Shown here: piece after piece, positions 1-31,422 of the stretch
Position numbering within the stretch: position 1 is the stretch's first letter
How the letters are laid out: the number at the start of each line of letters is the position of its first letter
NCBI RefSeq assembly: GCF_009914755.1
Contig: NC_060940.1
Direction: 5' to 3' (one strand)
Length of the DNA: 64,000 nt
DNA from: the human T2T-CHM13v2.0 reference genome, Homo sapiens
The notes under the pieces: model-generated
What the model was told of the DNA's origin: nothing
What the model saw: the letters and a program-made list of their open reading frames with translations, nothing else
Databases searched by the model: none
Translations under genes and position numbers: made by a program

Positions 1-440
1 GGTCAAAGGCAGAGCAGCTTGCTGGGTCTTACTGAAAACAGCCCCCAAAGGGTTGGACTCCTCTGGGATTTTCCTTCACTTGCAAGCTGCATGTTTGTCT
101 GATAGATGCACAAGTTGATTAAATGCCAGCGCATCACAGACGCAATTATGCTTAAGAACAAGCTAGTTCTTCTAATCTCTCTGCCATCACTGATTAATTA
201 GATACTTTGAACTATGCCCAACTGTTTGAAAGCTGTGAAAAATACAACCTGTATAGTTAAAATTTCTGCACAAGCCTATTTCCTCACTTGTTCTCATATT
301 CACCATTCTTTAAACATGATTTGTATTTGTACGTGTTTCTAAACACAGTCTGGCTATTTTCCTATCATAATTAGATATCCTTCCACTACTGGCCAAGAAA
401 TATATTCACACAGTAAGTCCAATAACAAAAGTATGTGAGA

Positions 441-736
441 GGCCAGGTGCGGTGGCTCATGTCTGTAATCCCAGCACTTTGGGAGGCCGAGGCAGGCAGA
501 TCACCTGGGTCAGGAGTTCGAGACCAGCCTGGCCAACACGGTGAAACCCTGCCTCTACCAAAAAATACAAAAAATTAACCGGGCATGGTGACACGCGCCT
601 GTAGTCCTACCCACTCAGGAGACTGAGGCACCAGAATCGCTTGAACCCGGGAGGCAGAGGTTGCAGTGAGCCAAGATTGTACCACTGCACTCCAGCCTGG
701 ATGACAGAGCGAGATCCTGTTTCAAAAAAAAAAAAA
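441..736 (+). mobile_element. Full-length AluS
   Basis: GGCCAGGTGCGGTGGCTCA start, A-tail, TSD aaaagtat(g/a)tgaga. Confidence 0.95.
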
Positions 737-1054
737 GTATATGAGAGACCAGTTGAATAAGTTAGACATACCTTCAGATTGTTGCTGCCATTGGTCACAC
801 TTTCAAAAATTTTTTTTTCTCTTTTTAAAGCTTACATGAATGCCTCAGAAAGGTTTGTTGTCATTCTTGTTAATTGTATCTCTTCATTGAGATTTTAAAA
901 CATTTTTCTGCCTACCAGGAGCCAGGCAAGGGTACAGTGGCTGTTACATTCAACTGTTTGATTTTATGACATAATTAACTATATATCAGTTTTGCAAGTA
1001 ATTTCCAGTCTTTCTTTCCTGTGTTAGTATGGTCTTTTAAAGTAATTGAGCGCT

Positions 1055-1999
<945 letters not shown>

Positions 2000-2605
2000 T
2001 CAGGAAGTCTCTGAAAGTGACCCCTGCTGACTCACATCCGGTGTACACTACATTTGTAGGACTGGAATATCTGGACATGCTGAAGAAGATCAGTTAGAAT
2101 ATTTCTGTAACTCTTTATTCCCTAGGCTGAAACTTTCATCAATGGTACATTCACATTCATGCCAGGCTGTGAACTCTGAAGTCTCCTTAGCTAAATCCCC
2201 ATGATCCTCAGTCTCTAGAAGCAGCTATGGTTGGGACCATCTTTTTTCCTTTGATTTGATGTTCTTAAAGGGGGACAATTAACAGTTCTCACTTTTGTGG
2301 AAATATTAGCATTTGACCTTACCTTTTACAAAATGCATATAATATACAGTACACATATTCCTTCCCACTCTCTAATCTCGTTCTTGAATTCCAAACTGGA
2401 TTTTGCCCTCTACCAGAAAAGTCAGACTGCATCAAGATCTCTCCCACTAGATCTCACCCTCTTTGTTGAGGATTAAGCAACTATCCAGCCCTCTCTAAGC
2501 CAGATTGCTCTTGATGAATGTGTAGTAAGTGGAACACAGTTGAAAGGTTATAGGTAATTGTGCAACTCTGATTCTTATCAACTTCATCTTCCTTCATCCT
2601 CCTAG

Positions 2606-2833
<228 letters not shown>

Positions 2834-3462
2834 TGAATCCATCAACAGGGATTTTGTAGCAGGAAAATGACCTTGTTTGTATCTTCGGTGTATGTCTCTA
2901 TTACCTCAGTAACATATTGGCCAAACTATATACTAAGAAAAACCAGAGCACAAGGTTGTAGATTGAGGCCCTGAATCCTGGCATTGTCCTCATTGTTCCA
3001 AGGTGAGCTAGCTAGAACACATTCACCCTGCCTCTGCACCCTGAACTTCAGTGACTTGCCTTTCTGACTCATTTGATTGTTCATGCTGAATTACTAAAGG
3101 GCCTCATTGAAGATGTTTCCTTTCTAGCTGAGTTCAATCTATGACATGTTAGGTGCTGCATAAATTAAATTTTCTTCCTCCTTCAAGTGGGTTTGGCTGG
3201 ATTTCTCCCCAGCGTATGGCCAATACAGGAAGAAAGTATATATTTACATATATATATATATAAAAAACCATATGTGTGCTGAGAATGAGCGACCTCTAAA
3301 TTAATTTTCGTCTTGATTTTAATGGAAACACATTCCCAGTTGACTTCCTATGGAAAATTTGCATTAATAATTCACCACCCAGTATCCACAATGCTCATCT
3401 GTGGCTAACACATCAGTATTTAACCAAGTGTCAGTGAAGCCATTATAAAAGTGACTGTTTTA

Positions 3463-3768
<306 letters not shown>

Positions 3769-4059
3769 TTATCACACACACACATACATGGGCTTTATTC
3801 ATCCTAGAATGTTACCATGTGGAGTTTCTGATGCCATTTTTGTACAGGCAGGGACTCAGTAGTTATCCCATTCCTTTCCTACACAGCCACCTTTTCTCTT
3901 TACGTAGTGACTTGCTGTTGTTGCACCTCACTAGCGAGGCCATTGGATTTCCCAGTGCTTTGGGAATAGTGCTTTACCCTCGGCTGCATTTCTCCCCCTT
4001 CTCCTCCACCTTGTATAGGTTGAGGTTTGGATTGAATGAACTTATCTGCTATGAGCATG

Positions 4060-4520
4060 TTCAACTACAAATTAGAAAAACTTCAACTACAATGTCCTAA
4101 ACAAGTAAGGATTTTTCTCACATCACAAGAAATATGTAAGTAGGTGGTGTCTGTTTAGCAGCTCAGTATCAACAGGACCAACATTTCTATAATCTTTGTG
4201 GCCTTTGCCTCATGGCTACAAGATAGCTGCTGCAGCTCTGGCCATTGTGAATGATTTAAATGAGAAAGAAAGAAGATAAGAGAAGGACAGCCCTAGGTGC
4301 TTTTTGTTTCTTATTTTGGGGAACTAGGACAGTTTCCCAGAACCCCCCAGGAGAATTCCTATTTCATTGGCCAGAACTGTGTCAAACAATTGTTTCTAGC
4401 TGCAAAGGAGCCTGACAATGTATTTAGTTGGCACATTGCTACTCTGAATGAAATTGAATTTTAGTCAGCAAGGAAGATGGCAGGAAATGGATATTAGGGT
4501 GGCAACTAATAGTGACACAA
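4060..4520 (-). mobile_element. MLT1-type (ERVL-MaLR) LTR remnant
   Basis: Typical MLT1 antisense motifs: caagatagctgctgcagct, tcattggccagaactgtgtca, agctgcaaagga, ggatattagggtggcaacta. Confidence 0.65.
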
Positions 4521-4549
4521 AGGAATATGGGGAAGATCTGGCTGACTCA

Positions 4550-4882
<333 letters not shown>

Positions 4883-5130
4883 TCATTAACTTGGAGCACT
4901 CACCTGGAAGGATGGAGGCTCCAGGGTTTTACTTAGGACCTTGATGGGGATGGGGGACATATAGATCATAGCTCAGTAATTTGTATAATTAAATAAATTG
5001 CTATAGGGACAATAACACACATTGCTCTTATTGAGAATCCACTGTATGAGAGGGAGTTAAGAAGAATCAGTGTTTTTCATCCATTGTTAAGATCTACAAA
5101 ACTCTTGGCAAAGATGTTGTTAAGTAAGTT

Positions 5131-5235
5131 GTTAACAGTAGGGGAATGGAGGGGTATACAGGGACTTTGTACTATCTTTGCAACTTTTGTGTAAATCTAA
5201 AATTATTTCAAAGCAAAAATGTATTTGAAAATACA
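5131..5235 (+). mobile_element. L1M 3' end fragment
   Basis: gtactatctttgcaacttttgtgtaaatctaaaattatttcaaa is a typical L1MB/MC terminus. Confidence 0.7.
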
Positions 5236-5239
5236 AGTT

Positions 5240-5534
<295 letters not shown>

Positions 5535-5539
5535 TTACT

Positions 5540-5579
5540 GAGTGAGAGAGTGAAAGTGAGAGCGAGCGAGAGACAGAGC

Positions 5580-5617
<38 letters not shown>
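5540..5617. repeat. GA-rich stretch plus (GT)18 microsatellite
   Basis: Direct reading; pure GT run at 5582-5617. Confidence 0.95.
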
Positions 5618-5619
<2 letters not shown>

Positions 5620-6074
5620 CAGAGGAAAATGTCTGGTTAGCAAAGTCAGAGAAGAAATAGAAACTCTATCCAGATTTCTCACATCTGTGCCTAGCCAATG
5701 AAACCAACACCGCTTGTCTCACCAGTACTAAAATAATTTGTGGCCATGGAAGATTTTTGTCACTTTCAAAACCCATGTGAATGAAAAACCTCCGCCTGTT
5801 CTCCAAACTGTCTCTAGTCTGCACTCACTGAAACTTATAAGTTGTGCTTAGTGAATAAAGAAAAGGAAATGGGAAGGGATGAACAGATGATTCCTCTTCC
5901 TGGTACATCCTTGAGACCAGGTGTGTTAAATCTTGTAATCGTAGGTGTGATTATAATCAGGGGCACTTTAATGAGAAGTGGAGATAACCACAAAGCTTTC
6001 AATCTGGAATTTCTCTTTATGGCTCTGTTTTGCCCCCAGGAACAGCTGAAGTGAAAATGCCACACTGTTGATGA

Positions 6075-6632
<558 letters not shown>

Positions 6633-7029
6633 TGAAAAACTTATTTTTGCCGGGTGCGGTGACTCACGCCTGTAATCCCAGCAGTTTGGTGGGCTACCTG
6701 AAATCCCTGGAGAGGGATTAGAAGCAGGCCAGTTCTGATGGGGAGTTCATGCTTAGAGGAGAGGTGATGCACACGATAAGTTCCATTTGCTTGTTTTAAC
6801 CTAGGGACAAGTATACTTGGCAAGGCATGCGATATAGTAGGGGCACTGGCAGAGAGATCACAGCTTTTCTGGCCTGAGGAACCAGGAGATTGAGTGTGGG
6901 GAAGCCACAGAAGAGAGGCAATTTGGAAGGGAAAGATCCAAAGAGAAGATTCCCCAGTTCTCTCTGCCTACTTTTTAGGCTAACCCCTGAACCAAGCAAG
7001 GTAGTTGCCTGCTTCAAAAACAAAAACAA

Positions 7030-8395
<1,366 letters not shown>

Positions 8396-8399
8396 CAAT

Positions 8400-9792
<1,393 letters not shown>

Positions 9793-9804
9793 GTGAGTGA
9801 TTTG

Positions 9805-9930
9805 GTGTGACCAGAGGCTCTCAGGACCCTAATCTTACATTTCCCCTAGGAGCAGTGGTTCAATATCTGCTAATGCAGCACTCACAGCAACGTTATAAAA
9901 CATAACTACCACAAATAACGAGAATTGAAT
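9805..9930. mobile_element. Tigger2/MER8-like (TcMar-Tigger) terminal fragment
   Basis: ttcccctaggagcagtggttcaatat...tataaaacataactaccacaaataacgagaattga resembles the Tigger2-family end as recalled. Confidence 0.6.
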
Positions 9931-10229
9931 ATATATACAATTGGGAAAAAAGTTGATCTTAAAAAAATGAGTGATTGGGGGTTGATTTATCAAGGTAACT
10001 ACTGCTGCAGCCCTCTACATAGTTTATTGAAAGTTAACTTCTTAGAAGGACTATAAAATATTTGAGAACTTTGCACATGGATTTATAGTGGCTAATATAA
10101 TATATAGCCACAATATAAAATGGCAGCATTTTATATTGAAACTCTTTCCCTTGCTTTTTAGTATTAAAAGATAATTCTCAGAGCAGTTTTCTTCCTTGTA
10201 ATCCCTAATTTTAGATGACAAAAGAATAA

Positions 10230-10838
<609 letters not shown>

Positions 10839-11364
10839 TGACAGCTGTTTTAAGTTCTGAGGCAAACTCAGGCCTCCATGCAGGAATGATTTTTAATCAC
10901 ATGAGCTCAGTATTGGACTCTGATGGCTGAAGCCTCTTCCTGATAAGGTTATTTATGAATGGTGGGTTCACCATTAATACTGGAGATTACTCTCCTACTT
11001 CTCTGTGAGAGAGAAGGCAAACCCTGGCTAAAGAAAATAAATGGTTTGTATATGATGCTCTGCTTTTTTAATTACAAGAGTTACTCCTAGAGATTTCAGG
11101 GGCTTACTTGTCCCAGGATTTGAGTCAGGGTCCTGAGAGAGCAGGGCCAAAAGTGTGTTGGAAAAGGAGCAGTACTAGGCTGGGGACAGACCCAAGCTGA
11201 GGGAAGCTGATGAACAGCAAAAAGTCAAAGCCAGGCCCAGGCAGATGGGGCCGGCCTTCTGCAAGGCTGCTGCTGCTGACCCGAAGGAGGTAAAATGAGT
11301 GTGCTCTCTTCGTCAATAGCACCAGAGCCCCCTCTTCCCCTTACCTTGTATTTCTTGTCACTGT

Positions 11365-13289
<1,925 letters not shown>

Positions 13290-13300
<11 letters not shown>

Positions 13301-13460
13301 ATTTTCTAATTTAATTTTTATTCCCCCCAAATAAAAATATTATGTAATTAAATTACATATTAAATTGATTGCATAATTTAAAATATAATGTAATTAAATA
13401 TTATTTAAAATAAAAATAAAATTACATAAACATATGTATTTTTAAAACAATAGTTTTACA
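13290..13460. repeat. AT-rich low-complexity tract
   Basis: Almost entirely A/T with recurring taatta/attaaat words. Confidence 0.8.
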
Positions 13461-13551
13461 AAGCTTGTTTCTCACTTAGTGTTCCTATTCCCCATCAGCA
13501 ACCATTTTCCACTTGTTTTGTTGTTTTGTTTTGGTTTTTAAATTTACTTTC

Positions 13552-14860
<1,309 letters not shown>

Positions 14861-14911
14861 GATTCTTCAGTTCACTTGACCTCCTAGTATGTATAAAAGT
14901 GGGCCCCCTCA

Positions 14912-15530
<619 letters not shown>

Positions 15531-16075
15531 ATGCTCTCACAAATATATATATTCCCCCTCCCCATTCTCCCTATTTAGTTACATTACAGTTTTTTAATAT
15601 CAGCATTCAGTGTTTATGTTATTATGACTGTAACTGTTATCTATTCTATGATCACATTTCCTTTCTTGTTTGAATTTTAGTTTTCTCTAAAGTTAATAAA
15701 TGTTTCATGTTTACATCTGTTACTTTTCTATGAACCTATCATTAATTCATCCCCAATCTTTGCTGAAAGTTTATAAATCTCATAAAAGGTTCAGACACAT
15801 CAGGTAATCTAACAGCTTCATCTTCTTGGAGGCATGTCTCCTATAAGCCTTCATCCACTGCTCTTGTCTGGACTGGTTACTTCTAAGCCTACTGCAAGAT
15901 TTAAGAACAGAGCACTCAAAAGCTGATGATACTCTATGTACAGGTACTTATTTATGGACTAGAGGACTTTATAAGAGGGTGATGATCTGGCCAGGTGATA
16001 TCATTGGGAGACTCCGTACTGTGACTATGTTGAAGTCTTTCTTGGGGGGCTTGGCAGAAAAGAATCTTAGTCTCG

Positions 16076-16372
16076 GCCAGGCACGGTGGCTCACGCCTGT
16101 AATCCTAGCACTTTGGGAGGCCAAGGCGGGTGGATCACCTGAGATCAGGAGTTCCAGACCAGCCTAGCCAACATGGCGAAACCCGTCTCTACTAAAAATA
16201 CAAAAAAATTAGCCAGGTATGGTGGCAGGGGCCTGTAATCCCAGCTAATCAGGAGGCTGAGGTAGGAGAATCGCTAGAACCCCGGGGATGGAGGTTGCAG
16301 TAAGCTGAGATCACTCCATTGCACTCCAGCCTGGGCAACAGAGCAAGACTCTGTCTCAAAAGAAAAAAAAAA
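16076..16372 (+). mobile_element. Full-length AluS
   Basis: TSD aaaagaatctt(a/g)gtctc. Confidence 0.95.
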
Positions 16373-16771
16373 GAATCTTGGTCTCCCATAGAGGATAGAA
16401 GCCTGGCTGGAGGGTTCCGGAAGATGAGTGGAAAGAGAAGGATGGAGGTCTCACCATTCAGTGTGTAGACTTTCACTTATCCTCCTGTTTTTACCATCGC
16501 ACTCTCATCTGTGTCTCTATCTAATGTCTACCTATCCAGAGTCTCTCTGGTAGGACCCTCCAAAGGGTAAACACTCCAGGCTTCTGCTGGTTGGGGAGGG
16601 GCAGTTACCTGGATGCAGAGAGTAGTAGAAGAGGGCTCAGGGGACCTGATTGCTACTCAGACATACTCTCAACCAGGTCTTCTGTTCACCCTGATTTTAA
16701 GAGGCATGGTGCCATCAACTCCTGAAATTTTCTGAGATTCTGTGGTACGTTAGGCCTGCTTCTGGGACTCT

Positions 16772-16902
16772 TAGGCTTAATGAATCAATTTATCATCCAG
16801 ACTGGGACACTTTTGAGGGTGAAAGAGGATACTATTAATAATTATTACCAGGGCATCAGGCATACAATATATTATCCTGGGCAAATCAGGACCATGACCC
16901 TA
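16772..16902 (+). mobile_element. MER94-like hAT-Blackjack MITE
   Basis: aatttatcatccagactgggacacttttgagggtgaaagagg...ctgggcaaatcagga...gacccta; tagg/ccta termini. Confidence 0.6.
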
Positions 16903-16944
16903 GGATTCATCCAACTACTTTCTAGTATCAAAACTTTTGTTGCT

Positions 16945-17276
<332 letters not shown>

Positions 17277-17479
17277 TTAGTTCTTTTTGTTCTGGTAACT
17301 TAAAGATGCCAATTTTTTTTTTTTATCCCTCTACATAATTTTAGTGGGGTTTCAAGAGAGAGCAGTGATGTATGCATATGTTCAGTCCACCAGCTTTCAG
17401 GAGACAGGCTTCATTCTTCCCTCTTTATCAATGGAGAAAGTAGGTATGAAGGGGCTGTGTGACTGTACTCAGAGTTATT

Positions 17480-17900
17480 TGGTTTTAAGTAAAAGAAACC
17501 TTGTCTAAACAAGCTTAAGCAAAGGGAGCGTTTAGCCTGTTGCATCCAAAGAAGGGCTGAACAACCACGTTGTGGGAAAAGCAGAGATAGAGCTGGGGGG
17601 TCAGCGACTCAGAATCACAAACTGGAATACTCCATCTCCTGTCTATGCTTCCCTTTCATTTCACCTTCAGTCCCCTGTCCTGGAATCTGGCTTTCTTCCT
17701 GTGGCAGCAACATAACCACTGATGGTGGCCCAGTGTTATATCCAACACTCAGATTCCCTTTCTAGACCCAAATGCAAAATTCTAGAAAGGAGTCTTAATG
17801 TTCCAACTAAGACTACATGTTCATCCCCAGATCAGCCAACTTGGCTGGGCCAGGTGTGGTGTGTGGGGTTGCTGGTTTGTGTAAAATCAGGTTCAGCCTC
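17480..17900 (-). mobile_element. Degenerate MLT1-like LTR
   Basis: aagtaaaagaaacc...aaacaagcttaagcaaaggga start typical of antisense MLT1. Confidence 0.4.
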
Positions 17901-18018
17901 CACCATAGTCATTTGTGCAAAGTCAGGCTGGGGCCAGTGCCTAGGACTATTGCCTAGGACTAGGGAATAATCCCATAGATTTCCTCAACAGTAACTTGGC
18001 CAAATCCACGTGATGTTA

Positions 18019-18381
<363 letters not shown>

Positions 18382-19093
18382 TCAGTACCTTGCTGGGATT
18401 GCTAAGTTATAAATGTTCAACCTTTGCTAGTGATGACATAAGGGACAGTGTAGAAACTCTAACATTTAAAACTATTCCCTTTCTGCCTCTTCTGCAAAAT
18501 CATTTACATAGATCTACATGTGTTAGAATTTGGTTTGTTTTCCTCTTCTGCATCAGATTTACAATATTTTATTTTCTGTAGGCTAGCTTTTGCTTTACTC
18601 TTCTGATTGTTATTTAAAATGGCCAAAAGTTTCTCATTTAAACATTTAATGTCACAGAATTTTAGGATGTTAGAAGTGGAAGAGGATTTAGAATATTTAA
18701 TTTATATTTCACAGAAATGTCCCTGGCACACTAACTTCATGAGCTGCTCCTTTGAAATAAGGTCTTCCTGGTCAAATAAGCTTAGAAAATGCTGTATACA
18801 ACTAGACATTCTCCTCTTGGAGACTCAGTACATGTTAGCCTATTAAGAAGTCTGCGAAGTCCTGCAGCAAAAAAAAAAAAACCCACAATTTCCTAAATTC
18901 ATTTACCAAGAACCCTTTTTTCATCATAAGCAGGCCAAGTTCCTTGAAAGATACTTTGGGAAATAATGCAACCGTCTTATTTTATGAATTAGGTAACTAA
19001 AGCTCATGAAGAGACAATAGTTTATAATTTTCCAAAGTTAATGCCAGGAAGAATTAGCACTCATTAGCAATGCAAGTTACCAGTTACAGTAAC

Positions 19094-19287
19094 CCCGAGT
19101 ATCTGGGGTTACAGGCGCCTGCCACCACGCCCAACTAATTTTTTTGTATTTTTTGTAGAGACGGGGTTTCACCGTGTTAGCCAGGATGGTCTCGATCTCC
19201 TGACCTCTTGATCCGCCTGCCCAGGCCTCCCAAAGTGCTGGGATTACAGGCATGAGCCACCAAGCCCAGCCTTGAATGGCCTGATTT

Positions 19288-19320
<33 letters not shown>

Positions 19321-19457
19321 AGATGGAGTCTTGCTCTGTTGCCCAGGCTGGAGTGCAGAGGCATGATCTGGCTCACTGCAAGCTCATGGGTTCACGTCCC
19401 AGGTTCACGTCATTCTCCTGCCTCAGCCTCCCGATTAGCTGGAACTACAAGTTCCCG
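19094..19457 (-). mobile_element. Two AluY half-elements in permuted order
   Basis: 5' part at 19094-19271, then poly-T and 3' part at 19290-19457 flanked by tgaatggcctgattttc. Confidence 0.88.
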
Positions 19458-19589
19458 TGAATGGCCTGATTTTCAAAAATGGTAAATTGCTCTTTGTAAA
19501 ATCCCAAAGAAATAAAAATACTCTCTCAGTTTATATGGTAGTTGTGTTTCTGAAAAATAGAGTATAAATTAAAACTACACAAAACACTT

Positions 19590-19870
19590 TTATTTAGGCA
19601 TTTACTATATGACAGCACTTATATCTGTGTGCTTTACATTAATTAATTCACCAGATCCTTATAGTAACCCCATTTCAGTATGATTACTATCACTCTTTTT
19701 TCTTTTATTTACGGCCAGCTTCCTAAGCCAAATAGGCTCACAGAATTCTGCTATCCCTATTTTAAACATGAGGAGACTAAGACGAAGAAGCTAAGTAACT
19801 TGTTCAACAACTATTAAATGGCAGGCCAATAGATGAACCCAGGCAGTGCAGCTCCAGAGCTCACACACCA
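19590..19870 (-). mobile_element. MIR
   Basis: cctattttaaacatgaggagactaagac...ctaagtaacttgttcaa...gaacccaggcagt. Confidence 0.7.
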
Positions 19871-20634
19871 TTTTCTATGTCCCTGTCACCTGAAGAACTC
19901 CAATTCTGAGTCACCTGGGCATTCCCTACACAGATCATGGCCAACAGAAGGCTGCTTCCAATCCCAGAAACCATGAAATCCAAAAGGAAAAGAGGCCAGA
20001 CCACATCCCTTTGGCGTATTTACTGCTAGCCCAGGAGAATGATGAGACAGTGATGGGAAAGTGTTCAGGCACCCGGGTTTCCTGACCTCCCGGGACCTGC
20101 CAACAGGAGCTCTGTAAGAGAGCAAAAGCAGGAAACAACCTTGGCTTCTTTCTTTACCCTTCCTCATGCTCCCCTACCTCTTGCCAAAAGCACAGTCCAA
20201 CCACAGACTACGCGATTCAGCAACTTCCCACAATGTACACAGAACTGAAAAAAGCATGGGGTAGAGAAAAACTGAAAGAGACCAGACACCTTCAGGGCTG
20301 CCAAGCTGGGGAGTCAGTCCTGGGACTTTTCCTCCTTGTCTACAACCTGATTCGGGGATTATTTCTTCCCAGAGAGTGATTATTCTGATAATCAGATGGG
20401 CCTACAGGTTGCAAAACCCATTTATCTTTGCTCCATCCTCTGAAAGGGAGGAGTTCTGACTAAGTGTACCCTCCTTGGGGTGACGCGAAATGACAGCCTG
20501 GATTGATGCTCTGGGGTTTGTTCCAGCTCATTGCTCATCACCCCATGGATTGTTTGCTCATAGCAAATCTGCGCCAAATAAATTCCATGTCCTCCAAGGT
20601 TTGATACTTAATAGTAATATAACTAATCCTGTTT

Positions 20635-20830
20635 AAGGGTTTATTGTATGCCAGGCAGAGTGCTAAATTCTTTACATTATTATCTCACTGAGTCCCCCTA
20701 ACAACCTTGTGAGAGACATATGCTTATTAACTCTATTTACAGATAAGAAAATTCAGGTCCAGAAGGTTTACATTCGGATGCCACACAGCCAGTAAGCAGG
20801 AGAACTGAATGCAAACCCAGGCTATCTTAT
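20635..20830 (-). mobile_element. MIR
   Basis: tatgccaggcagagtgctaa...ttacagataagaaaattcaggtccagaaggtt. Confidence 0.75.
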
Positions 20831-20935
20831 TGCCAGCTTGGCTGTTCTGAAGGAACTAATTAGAACTGGCTTGAGATCATACTTGAGGAAGAGGTGAAGT
20901 ATTACAAGTGTATTAGGACAAACCTGGGTTCCTGA

Positions 20936-22041
<1,106 letters not shown>

Positions 22042-22159
22042 TAATTCTCCTGGGTCAACAGGTACTTAGTTACCCAGGGATGGTAAGGGAACTATAGCCA
22101 GAGAGATCTTCCTGAGATGCAAATCTGCTAAGTCTGGTCCCGACTAATAATTTTTCAGT

Positions 22160-22450
22160 GGTTTCTTGTGGTCTATCAGATGAAGATCAGACTCCTTTGC
22201 ATGACATACAAGGCCCTTTGTAATCTGGACCCACCTGCCTTCTATGACTTTCTGTCCCATGCTTGCCTTCTTATGCCCTGAGAAGCTCATGGCAGCCCCA
22301 GAATAATCTGCCATCCTGATTCCTGCCTCCACATCTTGGTCACATCTTGGTCCATACTGTTTCTTATGCCTCGAATGCCTTCCTTCCCCCAGCTATCCAT
22401 CTGATGAGTTTGTATTAATCCTGTAGGACTCCGCTACATGTTATACTTTT
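22160..22450 (+). mobile_element. L2 fragment
   Basis: gatgaagatcagactcctt...caaggccctttgtaatctggaccca; gaatgccttccttcccc. Confidence 0.55.
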
Positions 22451-22489
22451 TATGAAAAGGCTTTTTTTTCTTTAAGTTTAATTAAAGTG

Positions 22490-24330
<1,841 letters not shown>

Positions 24331-24668
24331 ATGCATTTCGGTAGCCTGTGACTTTCTCTATCTTCAGACTCATACTTCACATACATATGTTTAAGAACAA
24401 ATTTTTAAAAATATTTGTGGGGAAAAGATGCAATTTTAATTTGTGGGTCAAAACTTATTCTGACCGCCTGCCTTCTGGAAAATAAAATCATTGTGGATAA
24501 TTCAGAAAATTCCAAGAAGTGCAATAAGTTATGTCCAAATCACTTTGCCTGTACCTGAGGCTTAGACTTTTCATAGGCAAAGTCTATAAAAAAGTGACCT
24601 CTCCTTTTGAAACCATGGTATCTCTCTTGCAGTCTCCTAGCCAGTGTTTTTGCCTACCATCCTGCATC

Positions 24669-26436
<1,768 letters not shown>

Positions 26437-26929
26437 CTACAGCCATACTTTTCTGGTGTGGGTGGGAGGTTGTTTTTTCCAGTCTGGTCCATGCCATGCG
26501 TATATTAGCACATAATACAAACCCTTACCAGAGCCTCTGATGTGTCAGGGACTCTGGGTTTTTTGGCCTTTGATCCTACTGTAGCACCTTATGTTCCTGA
26601 AGCATCTTGCACAGAGCATTGAATTCCAGTGAGCAAATGCCCTAAGGATTGCAGTCTGCACTTCCCCTATCCACAGAGGCATGACCTGAGGCTGTGTGAT
26701 CAGAGCAAGCCTGAGGTGATTCAGAGTGCCCTAAAGCAAACTGGCATCCTAAAGGAAGCCTAAACCATGGAGTCAGCCACCAGCCTTTCTGCTGCTCCCT
26801 ATCTTCTCTCACCAGCCAGGCACCATCCAAATAAACAACTTTTGATGGTGCAGGAGGAAGATCAAATTCTCTGCATGGTGTCCTCATGCATATTGGATTT
26901 CCTAGTAATGCACATATGAAAAACAAAGT

Positions 26930-27120
26930 TTGTGAACTTAGATCTGACAGATGCAGATTTGAATTCTAGCTATTTGTCCTTGAGCAAATCTCTAAACCTC
27001 CCTAACCTCCTGTGCCCTAATTCATAAACTGGGGCTAATAATACCTGCTTCATAGGGTTAAATGAGATAATGTGTGTCCAGGGCTTAGCACAATGACTGA
27101 AATGTAGTAAACACTCAATC
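26930..27120 (+). mobile_element. MIR
   Basis: ccttgagcaaatctctaaacctc...aataatacctgcttcatagggttaaatgagataatg...gtagtaaacactcaat. Confidence 0.8.
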
Positions 27121-28419
27121 AGCAGTAGTAGTGAGCCTTTTTCAGATGCTGTCTAATCCCACGTGGGAGGCTTTCCATGCAGAAAGGAAATAGAAGTGTG
27201 GTGCCCTCAGCGGGGTGTTTGCATGGAGATCTTGAAGGACTGGAAACAATGAAGCCTGTTCCCCCATATGTGATCACTGAGTACAGTTTGAAAGCTGGGG
27301 TTGTACTCACCCTCTCAGGACAACACTCCCAATCTCTTTTCTCGTAAGCAGTAGCCTGCTGCCTTTGCACACACTTCGACCATTTTCCCTGCTGCTTTGT
27401 GCTATTTCAGGGCTTGTGGGGGTGTAGGAAAGCTGCCGCCTTCCTCAGGTTGCTATTTAAAGACATTCTGAAACATTTTGCCACCGCTGCTCCTGCCACC
27501 ACAGCTGCCACTCCTGTCCCAGCTGCAGGGAGCTGCATGGTCACTGACCACTCCAGCCCTTGGGCAGCATGCCTCAGCATAAGCCAGCCAGGGAGCACAC
27601 ACAGTTAGGTGTTGGGAGTTCTGACCGCCTATTTTTTGTTTAGGACTCCTGAGCTATCATCCCTCCCAAGGGTTAACTGCTACCCACCATCTTGGTCTTT
27701 GTCCCTAAACAACCTAAACTGTCCATGTCCCTGTAGCATTTTTGGCACTTGACCAGTTAAATATTTCTCCCTTTTTCTCAGGAAAAACCACACATGATAC
27801 CCGCCTCATCTCCTTTCCACCCCATCTCCAATTTGCACTTTAGATGCTCTCCTCATTTAGTAGCCAGAAAGGGTAAAAGTGCCATTTATCTCTAGGTCTA
27901 GCAGAGAAAAATACTCTTAAAATAAAAGGTTTTTGAAAAGCTCAGTAACCTCCAGTTAATAATAATGCCACTGTGAACTTCAGTGTGTTTGAGATTTTCT
28001 ATCTGTCAGGCATGGGTAGAAATCTCTTAGACATTAGTAATCCTGCCTTTCTTTACTGACCGTCCTGACGCTTTCAGTGAAGTGTCTCAAAAGCCTGGTC
28101 TTTCAGGTTTGAATTGGCCCTAATTTCTTTTTCATAGACCCATCAAAGTGAAAGTTTGGGTTTTATCAGGAAAGCATTATTCTTCTTCAGTCCAGAGCTC
28201 CTGAATGAGGTCCAGATTGTCTGTGTCCATTCTGCTTCCCCAATTTATTTGTTTCCTGCCCATTATCTTAGAGAGGCCACTCGCCTCAAAGACCTTGGAG
28301 TCTGGCCCCTTTCTGCTTCCCCGGCAGAATTCTTCCTGATGCTTTCCATTCTGCAGCATAGCTTGATCAGAGCTTCCAGTGTGCCAGCTACCAACATCAT
28401 CTGACCTGCGCTGGCCTGA

Positions 28420-31422
<3,003 letters not shown>

